Origin: Chrysiogenia bacterium
Lineage (GTDB): Bacteria; Acidobacteriota; Aminicenantia; UBA2199
Direction: 5' to 3'
Assembly: GCA_043826505.1 (NCBI GenBank)
Contig: JBDRQC010000004.1
Coordinates: 315,419-379,418 of the forward strand
DNA length: 64,000 nt
Shown one piece after another: positions 31,536-42,458 of the stretch. Under the pieces are notes generated by a model. The model was not told the DNA's origin and did not search any database. It saw only the letters and a list, made by a program, of their open reading frames with translations. Made by a program: the position numbers and the translations under genes. Position 1 is the first letter of the stretch. The number at the start of each line of letters is the position of its first letter.

Positions 31536-32096
31536 TTACTGCACGGTAAAATCGAATGTTTTCTGGATGGTTTGCTTCTTGTATTCATCCTTAACGGTAA
31601 TGGTAACGGTAAAGGTGCCGCTCTCCATCCCGGTCAGGCGGTTGGTGAAATAGACCGGCACAACGGGGGAGTCATAGTCATTTTTCAGCACAACCCAGTC
31701 TTTTTCGTCAAAGATCAGTTTGCCTTCCTTATCGATGACCCGGGCATCCTGGGCCAGGGAAACCCAATACTTGTCGCCGTCTTTTAAGGTATTGTAGCCT
31801 TCCACTTCGAAGTAGAGCAGAAAGGGCTCTCCCTGGGCCAGAGTGAAGCCGGGCTTGGCCTGGAAGTTGCGGTGGCCGTCAACGCGGTCGCACAGGCACA
31901 AATGGCTGATCTGCAGGGGCAGCTTCTTGTTGATCAGGGAGAGGGTTTCAAGGAGAAGGTCAATGGTTTTATGATAGGCACCGGCCCGATATTGCACCTT
32001 GGCCTGATCAAGCATGGTTTCAACCGTCTGTCCGGGCGTCAGGCCGGCAAATGCCAACAATGCCACCAGGACCAGCAGAAACATTTTTTTACACAT
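31536..32096 (-). CDS. Secreted hypothetical protein (helical N-terminus plus Ig-like beta sandwich)
   Basis: Signal peptide, GGAGG SD; C-terminal GTFTVTITVKDEY strand pattern. Confidence 0.65.
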   Translation of the reverse strand: MCKKMFLLVLVALLAFAGLTPGQTVETMLDQAKVQYRAGAYHKTIDLLLETLSLINKKLPLQISHLCLCDRVDGHRNFQAKPGFTLAQGEPFLLYFEVEGYNTLKDGDKYWVSLAQDARVIDKEGKLIFDEKDWVVLKNDYDSPVVPVYFTNRLTGMESGTFTVTITVKDEYKKQTIQKTFDFTVQ

Positions 32097-32182
32097 GGCA
32101 AACCTCCGATTCTTTTGCTTTGCGAGGACGCAAGGAACCAAGGTGCAGTTCTTGCCGTTCACCTGAAAAGCAACAATTTTTT

Positions 32183-32198
32183 TGCAAGCGTTGTTCCA
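32183..32198 (-). promoter_or_regulatory. Sigma54 promoter candidate
   Basis: TGGAACAACGCTTGCA on the - strand (GG-N10-GC), about 90 bp upstream of the 32096 start. Confidence 0.55.
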
Positions 32199-32356
32199 TG
32201 ATTTCACCTTCCAAGCGCTGCATCAATCAGGCGCGCTTCGGCAACTGCCCCTCAATGTCCACATCATGATCATGGTATTAAAACCCGGATAAATAGTCAA
32301 CAGCCGATTATGAACAGCCAATATCAAGAGCTATCCCAGAGGCCTTCTTCACCTTT

Positions 32357-32590
32357 TTATAAACCCTCCCCACGTTCTTCACCGACATACTCGAAGATAT
32401 CTTCGATCCCGGCCTGGAACACGCGGGCAATGCGGAAGGCCAGGGCCAGCGAAGGAACGTAGCGGCTCTGCTCCATGAGGATGATGGTCTGGCGAGTACA
32501 GCCGGCCCGGTTGGCCAGCTCTTCCTGGGTCATTTCGCCGGCATCAAAGCGATAGCGGCGGATCTTGTTGCGGATCTCAGCCTTGGCCAT
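32357..32590 (-). CDS. Cro/CI (XRE) HTH transcriptional regulator
   Basis: MTQEELA.RAGCTRQTI..MEQ.RYVPSL.LAFRIA.VF. Confidence 0.92.
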   Translation of the reverse strand: MAKAEIRNKIRRYRFDAGEMTQEELANRAGCTRQTIILMEQSRYVPSLALAFRIARVFQAGIEDIFEYVGEERGEGL

Positions 32591-33032
32591 GGCCGGACGC
32601 CTTGAATTCCAGGATCAGGGCGATCACCGAGGATGAGATGAAGGCGGCGAAGCTGGTGGAATAGGCCAGGAACCACATCCAGCCGACCGGGACGAAGCCG
32701 CTGCCCTGGAATCTCTCCCAGAGGATAATGGACAATGCAAAGACGTAGACGAGGACGAGGATAAAGGCCGAGGCGTTGGCGCGGTTGCGGATCTCCTCAT
32801 CCCTTTCATCCCTGCCGACAGCGTGGTCTCCGGGGCGGATGCGGGTCAGGAAGAGCATCAGGCCATACAAGAGATATCCGCAAGCGATAATGACCGCTCC
32901 GGCCAGGCGCCGCCATTTTTCCAGGGCATATCGTTCCGGCCCCGCTCCGTAGAAAAAGATGACCGAAAACACGGCCATTACCACTCCCCAGATCAGGAAG
33001 GTGAAGACAGCTCTTTTCCTGGTTTGTGTCAT
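32577..33032 (-). CDS. DUF2178-like membrane protein
   Basis: 4 TM helices with DERDEEIR.RA motif; coupled to an XRE regulator as usual for this family. Confidence 0.75.
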   Translation of the reverse strand: MTQTRKRAVFTFLIWGVVMAVFSVIFFYGAGPERYALEKWRRLAGAVIIACGYLLYGLMLFLTRIRPGDHAVGRDERDEEIRNRANASAFILVLVYVFALSIILWERFQGSGFVPVGWMWFLAYSTSFAAFISSSVIALILEFKASGHGQG

Positions 33033-33232
33033 TGCAACCTCCATTGTCATAATTTACATTCTTTTAGCATGATTTATATTACCTTTTGTAATATATTTAT
33101 TTCTTTTTGTCAATATGTAATTTCATTTTGTCTCGAATTTACCCTGGCAAACTTCCAGCCGTTCCAGCTCCCCCAACGATCCATCCATAGCAATTAACCT
33201 GTTTTTTTTCAGCTCCTGCTGCTGAATCTCAC

Positions 33233-33670
33233 TCAGAAACGGTGACCGATCCGCCGATGGCAATGTGTACAGGATGCGGCTTTTCGGCTTGCCGGCAACA
33301 TGGCTGTCAACATCTGATCATGACAGGAGCGGCAGTTGGCTTCGAGAAAATCGCGGTTCTTCGGGCGAATGCGGATCTGCTGGACCGTTTCGAAGGTGAA
33401 GACCCAGGAGTGACGGAAACCGTTTTCCATTTTGGCCAGATACTTGACGGCCCCATCCTGGGGCAGGTGACACTGATTGCAGGAAACATCGCGATGAACG
33501 GACCGCTCCCATGCTTTATATTGACCCTGCATGACATGACAGTTGACGCACACCTCGGGGCGGTTCGAAAGATAGGAGTATCCCTTGGCATACCAGAAAG
33601 TGAAGAGACCGACCCCTGCCGGTACGGCCAGGAGGATCAGGGGGAGTCGGGGGATGCGGAACTTCATCAT
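33233..33670 (-). CDS. nrfH: Cytochrome c nitrite reductase small subunit (tetraheme quinol dehydrogenase)
   Basis: TM anchor; SYLS..P..CVNCHVM; four CxxCH motifs. Confidence 0.93.
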   Translation of the reverse strand: MMKFRIPRLPLILLAVPAGVGLFTFWYAKGYSYLSNRPEVCVNCHVMQGQYKAWERSVHRDVSCNQCHLPQDGAVKYLAKMENGFRHSWVFTFETVQQIRIRPKNRDFLEANCRSCHDQMLTAMLPASRKAASCTHCHRRIGHRF

Positions 33671-34974
33671 TTCGCAGGGATAGCCCGGATGGCCGCGATC
33701 TCGGCCTGCCGGGCCAGGTCGACCGCGTCGCCCAGTATGCGGACCGACTCCTGCGGGCTGTGAAAACCCATGCTGTTCTCGGCGCTTATGAAATCCCAGC
33801 GCAGGGAGGCGCGGCGGTGCAGGTCGCGCGCCGAATCCAGGGCAGCTGCGGAGGCTCCCTTTCCCAGGGCTTCGCGAATGGCATCCAGTGCAGCGATGAT
33901 CGCTTTCTCGGATTTCTGCATGAGGTGGTAGGTGCGGTCCTGGATCTCCAGCACCCGTCCCCTTAATTCTTCACCTGCCAGGGGATGACATCCGGCACAG
34001 GAGGTTTCGGGCTCAGCAAGGGGAGTTCGGATCCAATGGTCGGTTATCTTCACTGCCCCCTGGCGCATGTAGGGCATGTGGCAGTCGGCACAGGCAACGC
34101 CGGCGCGGGCGTGAATCCCGGTCGACCAGAGCTCGAACTCTGGATGCTGGATCTTGACCATGGCAGCGCCGCTCTCGGCGTGGGTCCAATCCTGGAAACC
34201 GATCCCATCGTAGTAGGCCTCGATATTATCCACGGTCAGGCCGTTTTCCCATGGAAAGGTCAGGTATTTTTCCGCGCCCTTGAAGTAATATTCGACATGG
34301 CATTGGGCGCAGACATAGGTGCGCATCTGCTGGAGGGATGCTTCGGCCAGATTCACTCCACGACGGTCCATGGCCTCGCGGAAAGCGGGACGGGAGATGG
34401 CCAGGCTCATGGTGGCGGCATCATGGCAATCGGCGCAGGCGATCGCATGGCGGATGCCATGGTCAGCGATCAGCTGGTTGAAGCCTTTAGCATAAAAGGC
34501 GTCGGGTCCGATCTCCTTCATGATCCCGGGAACCTGGCTGCTTTTGCAGGTCATGCAGGCGCCCGGTTTCTTGTCACCGAGGCGCTTGCTGTTCCGGGCG
34601 TCCTCGACAGCCCGCAGGTGGCCCCGTTCCTCATTGTATTCGATGGCAAAGGCATAGCCGGCAAAGAGGCGGCGGGTGTCGGGATAGCGATCCAGTTTGG
34701 AAGAGGCCTCGGAACCGCCGAAACGTCCATACCGGCTGTATTGAATCATCTCCCCGGTATGCATGGTCTTCCTGTAGGCCTCGTACTGAGCGGGAAAATT
34801 ACGGCCCCAGACAGCAGGATCGGGTTCCAGGTCCGGGATAGCCGCGACCCTGAAGTAGCTTATTTTCTCTTCCTGCTTGTGTTCGAAGATATTGACCAGC
34901 AGCGCGGTTGCAGCCACGGTCATGACGATCACAGCCAATACCAGCAACAGAATACTTTTTATTTTCATGGGCAA
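33667..34974 (-). CDS. nrfA: Ammonia-forming cytochrome c nitrite reductase (c552)
   Basis: CMTCK active-site heme plus four CxxCH; CHVEYYF, KIQHPEFE, AENSMGFH. Confidence 0.95.
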   Translation of the reverse strand: MPMKIKSILLLVLAVIVMTVAATALLVNIFEHKQEEKISYFRVAAIPDLEPDPAVWGRNFPAQYEAYRKTMHTGEMIQYSRYGRFGGSEASSKLDRYPDTRRLFAGYAFAIEYNEERGHLRAVEDARNSKRLGDKKPGACMTCKSSQVPGIMKEIGPDAFYAKGFNQLIADHGIRHAIACADCHDAATMSLAISRPAFREAMDRRGVNLAEASLQQMRTYVCAQCHVEYYFKGAEKYLTFPWENGLTVDNIEAYYDGIGFQDWTHAESGAAMVKIQHPEFELWSTGIHARAGVACADCHMPYMRQGAVKITDHWIRTPLAEPETSCAGCHPLAGEELRGRVLEIQDRTYHLMQKSEKAIIAALDAIREALGKGASAAALDSARDLHRRASLRWDFISAENSMGFHSPQESVRILGDAVDLARQAEIAAIRAIPAK

Positions 34975-35270
34975 CTCCGGGCCAATTATCCCATATCCAA
35001 AAAAAAAGCAAAACAGCTCGTCCTTGATTTCTCAGTTTAACAATCCTTTACTCGGTACCTGAATGATTTTCTATTCAAGGTTTTTGCACTTTCATAAAAA
35101 AATCGGAATGTGCCAAAAATTGGACTTGGATACCGACATCTTTCACGACTGGATATTCGCCATGCATGTAAATTCAAGATATTGCAAAAACAGTTGTTTT
35201 CATCCGAAGGCTATGCTAATGTTTTGGCGTATTCATGCGATATGCTGCAGCCCGGGAGGCTATAGAAGCT

Positions 35271-36626
35271 ATGGCACACTTCAATCTGAAAAAAGGCCTG
35301 AATTTGCCGCTGAGCGGTGTTCCCCAAGAAACCCTGCAAGACGGAGCGCCACTCAGTCACGCGGCTCTGGTGGGCAGCGATTTCTGCGGACTTAAAGCCC
35401 GTTTGCTTGTGGCCGCAGGCGATCGCGTCAAGCGGGGACAAGCGCTGCTGGCTGACAAGACCCATCCCGAGATTCTTTACCCCTCACCCGCAGGCGGCGT
35501 GGTCGAATCGATTAATCGCGGCCAGCGCCGGGCGCTGTCATCAGTGGTCATCAAGCTGGACGCCCAGGAGGAAGTGCTTTCCTTTGCAGCATGCAGCGAG
35601 GCGCAAATCGCTGCTCTGAGCGCAGAAGAAGTGAAGGAACGCTTGCTCAAGTCCGGAGCCTGGATTGCTTTGCGACGCCGTCCCTTTGCCAAGATACCGT
35701 CGCCAAATGAGATTCCTGCGGCGATTTTTGTCAACGCCCACGACAGCCAGCCGCTGGCCCCGGCCAGCGCAGCGATCCTGTCCCGACAGGGGGCGTTTTT
35801 TTACAGCGGCCTGAGTGTTCTGCGCCGCCTGTTTGCCGGTCCGATCTATGTGTGCAGTTCCCCTGAATGGACCCAGACACTACCGCCTTTGCCTAATCTC
35901 CACCACGCGACCTTCAGTGGACCGCATCCGGCCGGAAACGTGGGCACCCATATCCATTTTCTTTATCCCGCGGACAAAACTCGCTTGGTATGGTACCTTG
36001 ATCTTCACGATCTGCTGTCCATCGGCCATTTGTTTGTCAAAGGCAGCTGGCCGGTCGAACGCGTCATTGCCCTGGGCGGTCCTGGCGTAAAATCGCCGCG
36101 CCTGCTGCTCACCCGCCTGGGAGCAAATCTGGATGAACTCCTGGTCAATGAATTGAAGCCCGGTTCCTTGCGGATCATATCGGGCTCGGTCCTGTCGGGG
36201 CGTACGGCTGCTGGATTCGAGGGATTTCTGGGTCGTTACCACCAGCAGGTTACGGTTCTGACTGAAAATTTCAAGCGTTCTTTTCTCGGTTGGGCCAATC
36301 CATTTCCGCGCCGGCTTTTTTCGCTGAAACGGGTGGTACTTGGTGCCTGGTTTCCTGCCAGGCCGAGGGAGATGACCACCAGCCGCTATGGCGGAATTCG
36401 GGCCATGGTTCCCTCGGATTCCTATGAGAAGGTGATGCCGCTCGACCTCATGCCCACTTTTCTGTTGCGGGCCTTGCTGGCCAAGGACATTGATGATGCC
36501 GAGGCCCTTGGCTGCCTGGAACTGGCCGAGGAAGACCTGGCACTTTGTTCATTCGTCTGCCCCTCGAAAATTGAGTATGGTGCGCTTTTGCGGGAAATGT
36601 TGGACCTCATTGAGAAGGAAGGATAA
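35271..36626 (+). CDS. nqrA: Na+-translocating NADH:quinone reductase subunit A
   Basis: [43 protein letters not shown]. Confidence 0.96.
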   Translation: MAHFNLKKGLNLPLSGVPQETLQDGAPLSHAALVGSDFCGLKARLLVAAGDRVKRGQALLADKTHPEILYPSPAGGVVESINRGQRRALSSVVIKLDAQEEVLSFAACSEAQIAALSAEEVKERLLKSGAWIALRRRPFAKIPSPNEIPAAIFVNAHDSQPLAPASAAILSRQGAFFYSGLSVLRRLFAGPIYVCSSPEWTQTLPPLPNLHHATFSGPHPAGNVGTHIHFLYPADKTRLVWYLDLHDLLSIGHLFVKGSWPVERVIALGGPGVKSPRLLLTRLGANLDELLVNELKPGSLRIISGSVLSGRTAAGFEGFLGRYHQQVTVLTENFKRSFLGWANPFPRRLFSLKRVVLGAWFPARPREMTTSRYGGIRAMVPSDSYEKVMPLDLMPTFLLRALLAKDIDDAEALGCLELAEEDLALCSFVCPSKIEYGALLREMLDLIEKEG

Positions 36627-36627
36627 C

Positions 36628-37821
36628 ATGCTGCGCAAATGGCTTGATCGACTCGACCCCCATTTTGGCAATAATGGCAAGCTCAAAAGGTGGTTTCCCC
36701 TCTACGAAGCCATCGATGCGTTCCTCTACAACACCAATAGTGTCACCAAGGGCTCTCCGCATGTGCGCGATGCCCTGGATCTCAAGCGCATGATGACCAC
36801 CGTGGTCATCGCCCTCGGGCCGGCAGTTCTATTCGGTCTATACAATATCGGGTATCAGGTGAACCGTGTGCTGGCCGCGGCTAGCGAAGGTGTATCACTG
36901 CCCTGGCAGATGAAGCTGGCGGCACTGCTGGGCATCACCCCGGCGACCATATGGGGAGCAGTGCTGGTCGGCGCCATTTATTTTGTACCGGTTTATATTG
37001 TGTGCATGGCAGTAGGCGGAGCCTGGGAAGTCTTGTTTGCCGTGGTCAGAAAACATGAGGTGAACGAAGGTTTCCTGGTCACCGGCCTGCTCTTCCCGTT
37101 GATCCTGCCGCCCACCATCCCCTTGTGGCAGGTGGCCATCGGCGTTTCCTTCGGAGTGGTCATTGGCAAGGAAGTGTTCGGTGGTGTGGGCATGAATATA
37201 CTCAATCCCGCCCTGACCGCCCGGGTCTTTCTCTTTTTTGCCTATCCTTTGCAGATCTCCGGCGATGCCGTGTGGATCGGCCTCGATGGGGTCAGCTCGG
37301 CAACTCCACTAGCCAGGGCCGCTGAGGCCTTTCCGCAACTGGGAGCCTCATGGTGGGATGCGTTTTGGGGTTTCATCCCCGGTTCCATGGGTGAGACTTC
37401 GACCTTTGCCTGCCTGCTCGGAGCCTTGGTGTTGATCGTCACCGGAATCGGCTGTTGGCGCATCATGATCGCCATTCTGACCGGGATGACCGGCCTGTCA
37501 CTGCTGCTCAATCTCGTCGGCAGCGCCAGCAATCCCATGTTCGCCATGCCGCCCTGGTGGCATCTGGTGCTGGGCGGCTTTGCCTTCGGAGCGGTCTTCA
37601 TGGCCACCGATCCGGTCAGTGCCGCCATCAGCAATACCGGCAAGTGGATCTATGGCGTGCTCATCGGGGCCATGGTGGTCATGATCCGTGTTCTCAACCC
37701 AGCCTTCCCCGAAGGCATGATGCTGGCCATTCTTTTTGGCAATGTGTTCGCCCCCATTATTGACAAGCTTGTGGTGATGCGCCACATCAAGCAGAGGCGG
37801 TCAAGATATGAAAAAAGATAG
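36628..37821 (+). CDS. nqrB: Na+-NQR subunit B
   Basis: [15 protein letters not shown] site [22 protein letters not shown]. Confidence 0.96.
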   Translation: MLRKWLDRLDPHFGNNGKLKRWFPLYEAIDAFLYNTNSVTKGSPHVRDALDLKRMMTTVVIALGPAVLFGLYNIGYQVNRVLAAASEGVSLPWQMKLAALLGITPATIWGAVLVGAIYFVPVYIVCMAVGGAWEVLFAVVRKHEVNEGFLVTGLLFPLILPPTIPLWQVAIGVSFGVVIGKEVFGGVGMNILNPALTARVFLFFAYPLQISGDAVWIGLDGVSSATPLARAAEAFPQLGASWWDAFWGFIPGSMGETSTFACLLGALVLIVTGIGCWRIMIAILTGMTGLSLLLNLVGSASNPMFAMPPWWHLVLGGFAFGAVFMATDPVSAAISNTGKWIYGVLIGAMVVMIRVLNPAFPEGMMLAILFGNVFAPIIDKLVVMRHIKQRRSRYEKR

Positions 37822-38611
37822 TATCAAACGGACGGTGCTGGTCGCCCTGGCCCTCTGTGTGGTCTGTTCCATTCTGGTATCGACGGCAGTGGTGGTTTTG
37901 CGTCCGCAGCAGGATGAGAATCGCCGCATCGAGCAGTTGAAAAACATTCTCATTGCCGCCGGCCTTTATACGCAGGACAGTGAAGTGATCGGTCGCTATA
38001 ACGAATCCATCCGCCGCATTATGATCAAGCTTTCCAGCGGACAGAAAGCCGAGGCAGAAGTTGTTGCCGCCGGATTGTCCCCAGAACGGTACGACATGAA
38101 GGAAGCGGCTCAGAAAACACACAGCAGCGAAGCGATCGCTGCCGTTGATGATCTGGCCGGAATTAAGCGCCGCCCCAAATGGGTCAATGTCTACCTTATT
38201 GTAGACGCAGGAAAGGTTCGCGGCGTGGTCCTGCCGGTTTTCGGCAAGGGACTTTGGTCGACCATGTATGGTTTCATAGCCCTGGACATAGATCTGAAAA
38301 CGGTGAGTGGTTTCTCCTTTTACGAACATGGTGAAACTCCGGGTCTCGGTGGTGAAGTGGATAATCCGCGCTGGAAGTCGCTTTGGCCCGGCAAACTGCT
38401 GTACGACGAAAACAATGCCTATCGTCTGAAGGTTATCAAGGGCAAGGTGGACGCCAGCAAGCCGGAGCAGAAATTACATATGGTGGACGGCCTTTCGGGC
38501 GCCACTTTGACCACCCGTGGCGTGGATAACCTGCTGCGTTACTGGCTCGGTGAAAAAGGCTATGCTCCGTTCTTTGCCCGCCTGCGCCGGGGAGAGCTCA
38601 ATGAGCAGTAA
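37808..38611 (+). CDS. nqrC: Na+-NQR subunit C
   Basis: [19 protein letters not shown] site [10 protein letters not shown]. Confidence 0.96.
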   Translation: MKKDSIKRTVLVALALCVVCSILVSTAVVVLRPQQDENRRIEQLKNILIAAGLYTQDSEVIGRYNESIRRIMIKLSSGQKAEAEVVAAGLSPERYDMKEAAQKTHSSEAIAAVDDLAGIKRRPKWVNVYLIVDAGKVRGVVLPVFGKGLWSTMYGFIALDIDLKTVSGFSFYEHGETPGLGGEVDNPRWKSLWPGKLLYDENNAYRLKVIKGKVDASKPEQKLHMVDGLSGATLTTRGVDNLLRYWLGEKGYAPFFARLRRGELNEQ

Positions 38612-39224
38612 ACTGAGGAAAGTTTTGCTCGATCCGATCTTCAACAACAATCCCATCACCTTGCAGGTGCTGGGCATCTGTTCGGCGTTGGCGGTCACCT
38701 CCAAGATGGAGACGGCTATGGTCATGTCGTTAGCAGTGACACTGGTCGTAGCCTTCGCCGACCTGGCCATCAGCGCCATTCGCAATCATATTCCAGCCAG
38801 TATCCGCATCATCGTCGAGATGACCATCATTGCTTCGCTGGTCATTGTCGCCGACCAGTTGATCCGGGCCTACTTTTTCGAGATCAGCAAGCAGTTGTCG
38901 GTGTATGTCGGTCTGATCATAACCAACTGCATCATTATGGGACGCGCCGAGGCCTATGCCCTCAAGAACCCGCCCTGGCAGAGTTTTCTCGATGGCCTGG
39001 GAAACGGTCTGGGCTACAGCTTCATCCTTATAAGTGTCGCCTTTGGGCGCGAATTGATCGGATCGGGAAAACTGTTCGGCATGACCGTCCTGGCGGCCAG
39101 GAACGATGGCGGCTGGTATCTGCCCAATGGACTGTTTCTGGTTCCGGCCAGCGCCTTTTTTCTGATCGGCCTGATGATTTGGGCTTTCCGCACCGTCAAA
39201 AAAGAACAGGTGGAAGAGGAATAA
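38601..39224 (+). CDS. nqrD: Na+-NQR subunit D
   Basis: [33 protein letters not shown]. Confidence 0.96.
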   Translation: MSSKLRKVLLDPIFNNNPITLQVLGICSALAVTSKMETAMVMSLAVTLVVAFADLAISAIRNHIPASIRIIVEMTIIASLVIVADQLIRAYFFEISKQLSVYVGLIITNCIIMGRAEAYALKNPPWQSFLDGLGNGLGYSFILISVAFGRELIGSGKLFGMTVLAARNDGGWYLPNGLFLVPASAFFLIGLMIWAFRTVKKEQVEEE

Positions 39225-39225
39225 C

Positions 39226-39837
39226 ATGCTGGAACACTATTTAAGCCTCTTTATCAAATCGATTTTCATCGAAAATATGGCCTTGGCTTTTTTCTTGGGC
39301 ATGTGCACCTTTCTGGCCGTGTCCAAACGGGTGGAGACCTCCCTGGGCCTGGGTGTGGCCGTGGTTGCCGTGCAGGCCATCACCGTGCCCGTCAACAACC
39401 TCATTTACAACCATGTGCTGAAAGCCGGTGCCCTGGAATGGCTGGGTTTGGGCGAACTTGATCTGACATTTTTAGGGCTCATCACCTATATCGGAGTTAT
39501 TGCCGCCATTGTCCAGATTTTGGAGATGACCCTGGACAAATATTTCCCGGCGCTCTACAACGCCTTGGGCATCTTTCTTCCCCTGATCACCGTCAATTGC
39601 GCCATCCTGGGCGGCTCACTCCTGATGGTTGAGCGCAACTACACTTTTGGCGAAAGCGTGGTATACGGCTTCGGTTCAGGCATAGGTTGGGCGCTGGCCA
39701 TCATTGCCCTGGCCGGCATCCGTGAAAAGATGAAATACAGCAATGTCCCGGCTGGACTGCGGGGCCTGGGCATCACCTTCATCACCGCCGGCCTGATGGC
39801 CCTGGCTTTCATGCTCTTTTCCGGAATTCAATTGTAG
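39226..39837 (+). CDS. nqrE: Na+-NQR subunit E
   Basis: [30 protein letters not shown]. Confidence 0.96.
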   Translation: MLEHYLSLFIKSIFIENMALAFFLGMCTFLAVSKRVETSLGLGVAVVAVQAITVPVNNLIYNHVLKAGALEWLGLGELDLTFLGLITYIGVIAAIVQILEMTLDKYFPALYNALGIFLPLITVNCAILGGSLLMVERNYTFGESVVYGFGSGIGWALAIIALAGIREKMKYSNVPAGLRGLGITFITAGLMALAFMLFSGIQL

Positions 39838-39845
39838 AGGTCAAG

Positions 39846-41078
39846 ATGAGTGGAACGGCTCTGATTCTTTCCGGCGTTGTCATGTTCACCGGGATTGTGC
39901 TCTCCCTGGTGACGGTCATCCTCTATGCCAAGTCCAAGCTTGTTGAAAGCGGTGAAGTTACCGTGGTCATCAACGACAGCCCCGATCATACCCTCAAGGT
40001 GAATGCCGGGGCAAAATTGTTGAACACCCTGGCTGAGCAAAAGATTTTCGTCTCATCGGCCTGCGGGGGTGGCGGCACCTGCGGCCTGTGCAAGGTCATG
40101 GTTCATGAAGGGGGAGGCGATGTGCTTCCCACCGAAAGATCACTGCTCAAACGGCGCGAAATTAGAAGCGGCGTGCGTCTTTCCTGCCAGGTGCCGGTCA
40201 AGCAGAATATGCGCATCGAGATCGATCCGGAAGTCTTCGCTGTCAAACGCTGGGAGTGCACGGTGCGCTCCAACAATAATGTGGCCACTTTCATCAAGGA
40301 GCTGCTGCTGGAGCTTCCGGCCGGTGAAGATGTTCATTTCCGAGCCGGAGGTTTCATACAAATAGAAGCTCCGGCCCATGTCCTTGAATATAAGGAATTT
40401 GATGTGGAAGCGGATTACCGCGACGAGTGGGATCGCTTCAATATGTGGCGCTATCGTTCGCAGGTCGACGAAACGGTGACCAGGGCCTATTCAATGGCCA
40501 ACTATCCGGACGAGAAGGGCATCATCATGCTTAACGTGCGCATTGCTTCGCCGCCGCCGCAAAAGCCCAATGCCCCTCCCGGCCAGATGTCCTCCTACCT
40601 CTTTAACCTTAAACCGGGCGACAAGGTTTTCATTACGGGCCCCTATGGTGAATTCTTCGCCAGAGACACCCAGAATGAGATGATCTTTATCGGTGGCGGC
40701 GCAGGCATGGCCCCGATGCGTTCGCACATTTTCGACCAGCTCAAGCGCCTGAAAAGCGCGCGCAAGATGAGCTATTGGTATGGAGCCCGCAGTTTGCGCG
40801 AACTCTTCTATCAAGATGATTTCGCCCAATTGTCGGCCAAGTTCCCCAATTTCAGCTGGCATCTTGCCTTGTCGGAGCCGCAAGCGCAAGACAACTGGAC
40901 GGGCCATACGGGTTTTATTCACCAGGTGCTCTTCGATCAATACCTCAAGGATCACCCCGCCCCTGAAGATTGTGAATATTACATCTGCGGACCTCAATTG
41001 ATGCTGGCCGCGGTCTTGAACTTGCTCGATAACCTGGGTGTTGAGCGCGAGAATATTCTTTTCGATGATTTCGGCTGA
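39846..41078 (+). CDS. nqrF: Na+-NQR subunit F
   Basis: [12 protein letters not shown] 2Fe-2S motif, [22 protein letters not shown]-terminal FDDFG. Confidence 0.97.
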   Translation: MSGTALILSGVVMFTGIVLSLVTVILYAKSKLVESGEVTVVINDSPDHTLKVNAGAKLLNTLAEQKIFVSSACGGGGTCGLCKVMVHEGGGDVLPTERSLLKRREIRSGVRLSCQVPVKQNMRIEIDPEVFAVKRWECTVRSNNNVATFIKELLLELPAGEDVHFRAGGFIQIEAPAHVLEYKEFDVEADYRDEWDRFNMWRYRSQVDETVTRAYSMANYPDEKGIIMLNVRIASPPPQKPNAPPGQMSSYLFNLKPGDKVFITGPYGEFFARDTQNEMIFIGGGAGMAPMRSHIFDQLKRLKSARKMSYWYGARSLRELFYQDDFAQLSAKFPNFSWHLALSEPQAQDNWTGHTGFIHQVLFDQYLKDHPAPEDCEYYICGPQLMLAAVLNLLDNLGVERENILFDDFG

Positions 41079-41082
41079 ATCG

Positions 41083-42111
41083 ATGAAAAGAATTAAACTT
41101 AACGCAGTTTTCTCTTTGGGTTTTATTCTACTGCTTTCGGCTTGCACCAAGACAGTTCCGTCCAGTCTTACTTTGGCTGAATTTCATGGTCCCACCATGG
41201 GCACCGCCTATACGGTTAAGGCAGTTCTGAGGCAGCCGCTTGCTCGGGAAAAGATCAAGGAACGCATCGACGAGACCTTGAGGCGGGTCAACAAACTCAT
41301 GTCCAATTATGACCAAGACTCGGAACTCTCGCGCTTCAACCGTTCCGCCGGCCAGGTCTGGTTCGCCATCGCCCCTGAGACCCATCATGTTTTCAAGGTG
41401 GCCATGGACATCGGCCAGTTAAGCGGCGGCGCCCTCGATATCACCGTTGGCCGCCTGGTCAATTTATGGGGCTTTGGTCCGGATAATCGTCGCGGCACCC
41501 TGCCGGCGCCTGAGGCTTTGGCTGCGGCCATGGAACTGACCGGGTTGCAGCGCCTGAAGCTCCAGGAAGAACCTCCGGCCGTTTGCAAGGAAAAAGCCGG
41601 GGTTTATTGCGATCTGGCCGCTGTGGCCAAAGGCTATGGCGTCGACCTGGTGGCCGAGGCTCTGGCCGGGCTGGGCATCTCCGCCTACATGGTCGAAGTG
41701 GGGGGAGAGGTGCGGGCTGCCGGCAAACGTCCGGATGGACAGTTCTGGCACCTCGGTGTGGCCGTCCCCGACGGTTCGCAACAGGTTTCACGCATCATCG
41801 ATATCAGTGATATGGCCATGGCCACCTCAGGTGACTATCAGAACTACTACGAATTAGATGGCAGGCGCTACTCGCATACCATCGATCCGCATCTGGGACG
41901 TCCGATCGAGCACAATCTGGCCTCGGTCACCGTGCTTCATCCCAGCTGCCTTGAGGCCGACGCCTGGGCCACTGCCCTGAACGTTTTGGGACCAGATAAA
42001 GGCATGGCCCTGGCTGAGAAACAAAAGCTGCCTGTCTTGTTCATCGTTCGAGAACCAGAGGGTTTTGTCGAGCGGCGCAGCACAGCCATGAAGGCCTATA
42101 TTATGGAGTGA
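41083..42111 (+). CDS. apbE: FAD:protein FMN transferase
   Basis: Lipobox LSAC; TMGT, DLAAVAKGYGVD, ATSGDY, SHTIDP. Confidence 0.95.
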   Translation: MKRIKLNAVFSLGFILLLSACTKTVPSSLTLAEFHGPTMGTAYTVKAVLRQPLAREKIKERIDETLRRVNKLMSNYDQDSELSRFNRSAGQVWFAIAPETHHVFKVAMDIGQLSGGALDITVGRLVNLWGFGPDNRRGTLPAPEALAAAMELTGLQRLKLQEEPPAVCKEKAGVYCDLAAVAKGYGVDLVAEALAGLGISAYMVEVGGEVRAAGKRPDGQFWHLGVAVPDGSQQVSRIIDISDMAMATSGDYQNYYELDGRRYSHTIDPHLGRPIEHNLASVTVLHPSCLEADAWATALNVLGPDKGMALAEKQKLPVLFIVREPEGFVERRSTAMKAYIME

Positions 42112-42115
42112 AAAA

Positions 42116-42271
42116 TTGTTGATAATAAAATTGGCAGTCGCTGCCTTGCTTCTCTTTGTCCTTTTTGGCGTAGCGCTCCTGTTCACCCAGCTGCGCAAAA
42201 AGAAAATAAGGCAAAGCTGCGCCGATAATGGGCAACACAGCTGCCAGAGCTGCAGTTGTGAGCGGTTTTGA
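42116..42271 (+). CDS. nqrM: NQR maturation factor NqrM-like (51 aa; absent from the ORF track)
   Basis: TTG start 7 nt after GGAG; MLIIKLAVAALLLFVLFGVALLFTQLRKKKIRQSCADNGQHSCQSCSCERF = TM helix, basic patch, four Cys; directly after apbE. Confidence 0.75.
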   Translation: MLIIKLAVAALLLFVLFGVALLFTQLRKKKIRQSCADNGQHSCQSCSCERF

Positions 42272-42458
42272 GTCCTGGCTGCTGATGAGAAATGCAATTG
42301 ATTCCATAAAGGGATAATGGAAACGCCTCCCGGGTTTTTAATCACATTTCTCCCCATTGCTGCCTGACCCCTTTATATAAAAGGCTTTCAGGGATTTAAA
42401 AACTACAAAAATCATTATTGTAATTCATTCATGAACAATACTATATTTTGCAAAATCA

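Noticed and set aside
35222-35238. Sigma54 promoter upstream of nqrA (TGGCGTATTCATGC)
   Set aside because: GG-to-GC spacing is 9 rather than the required 10
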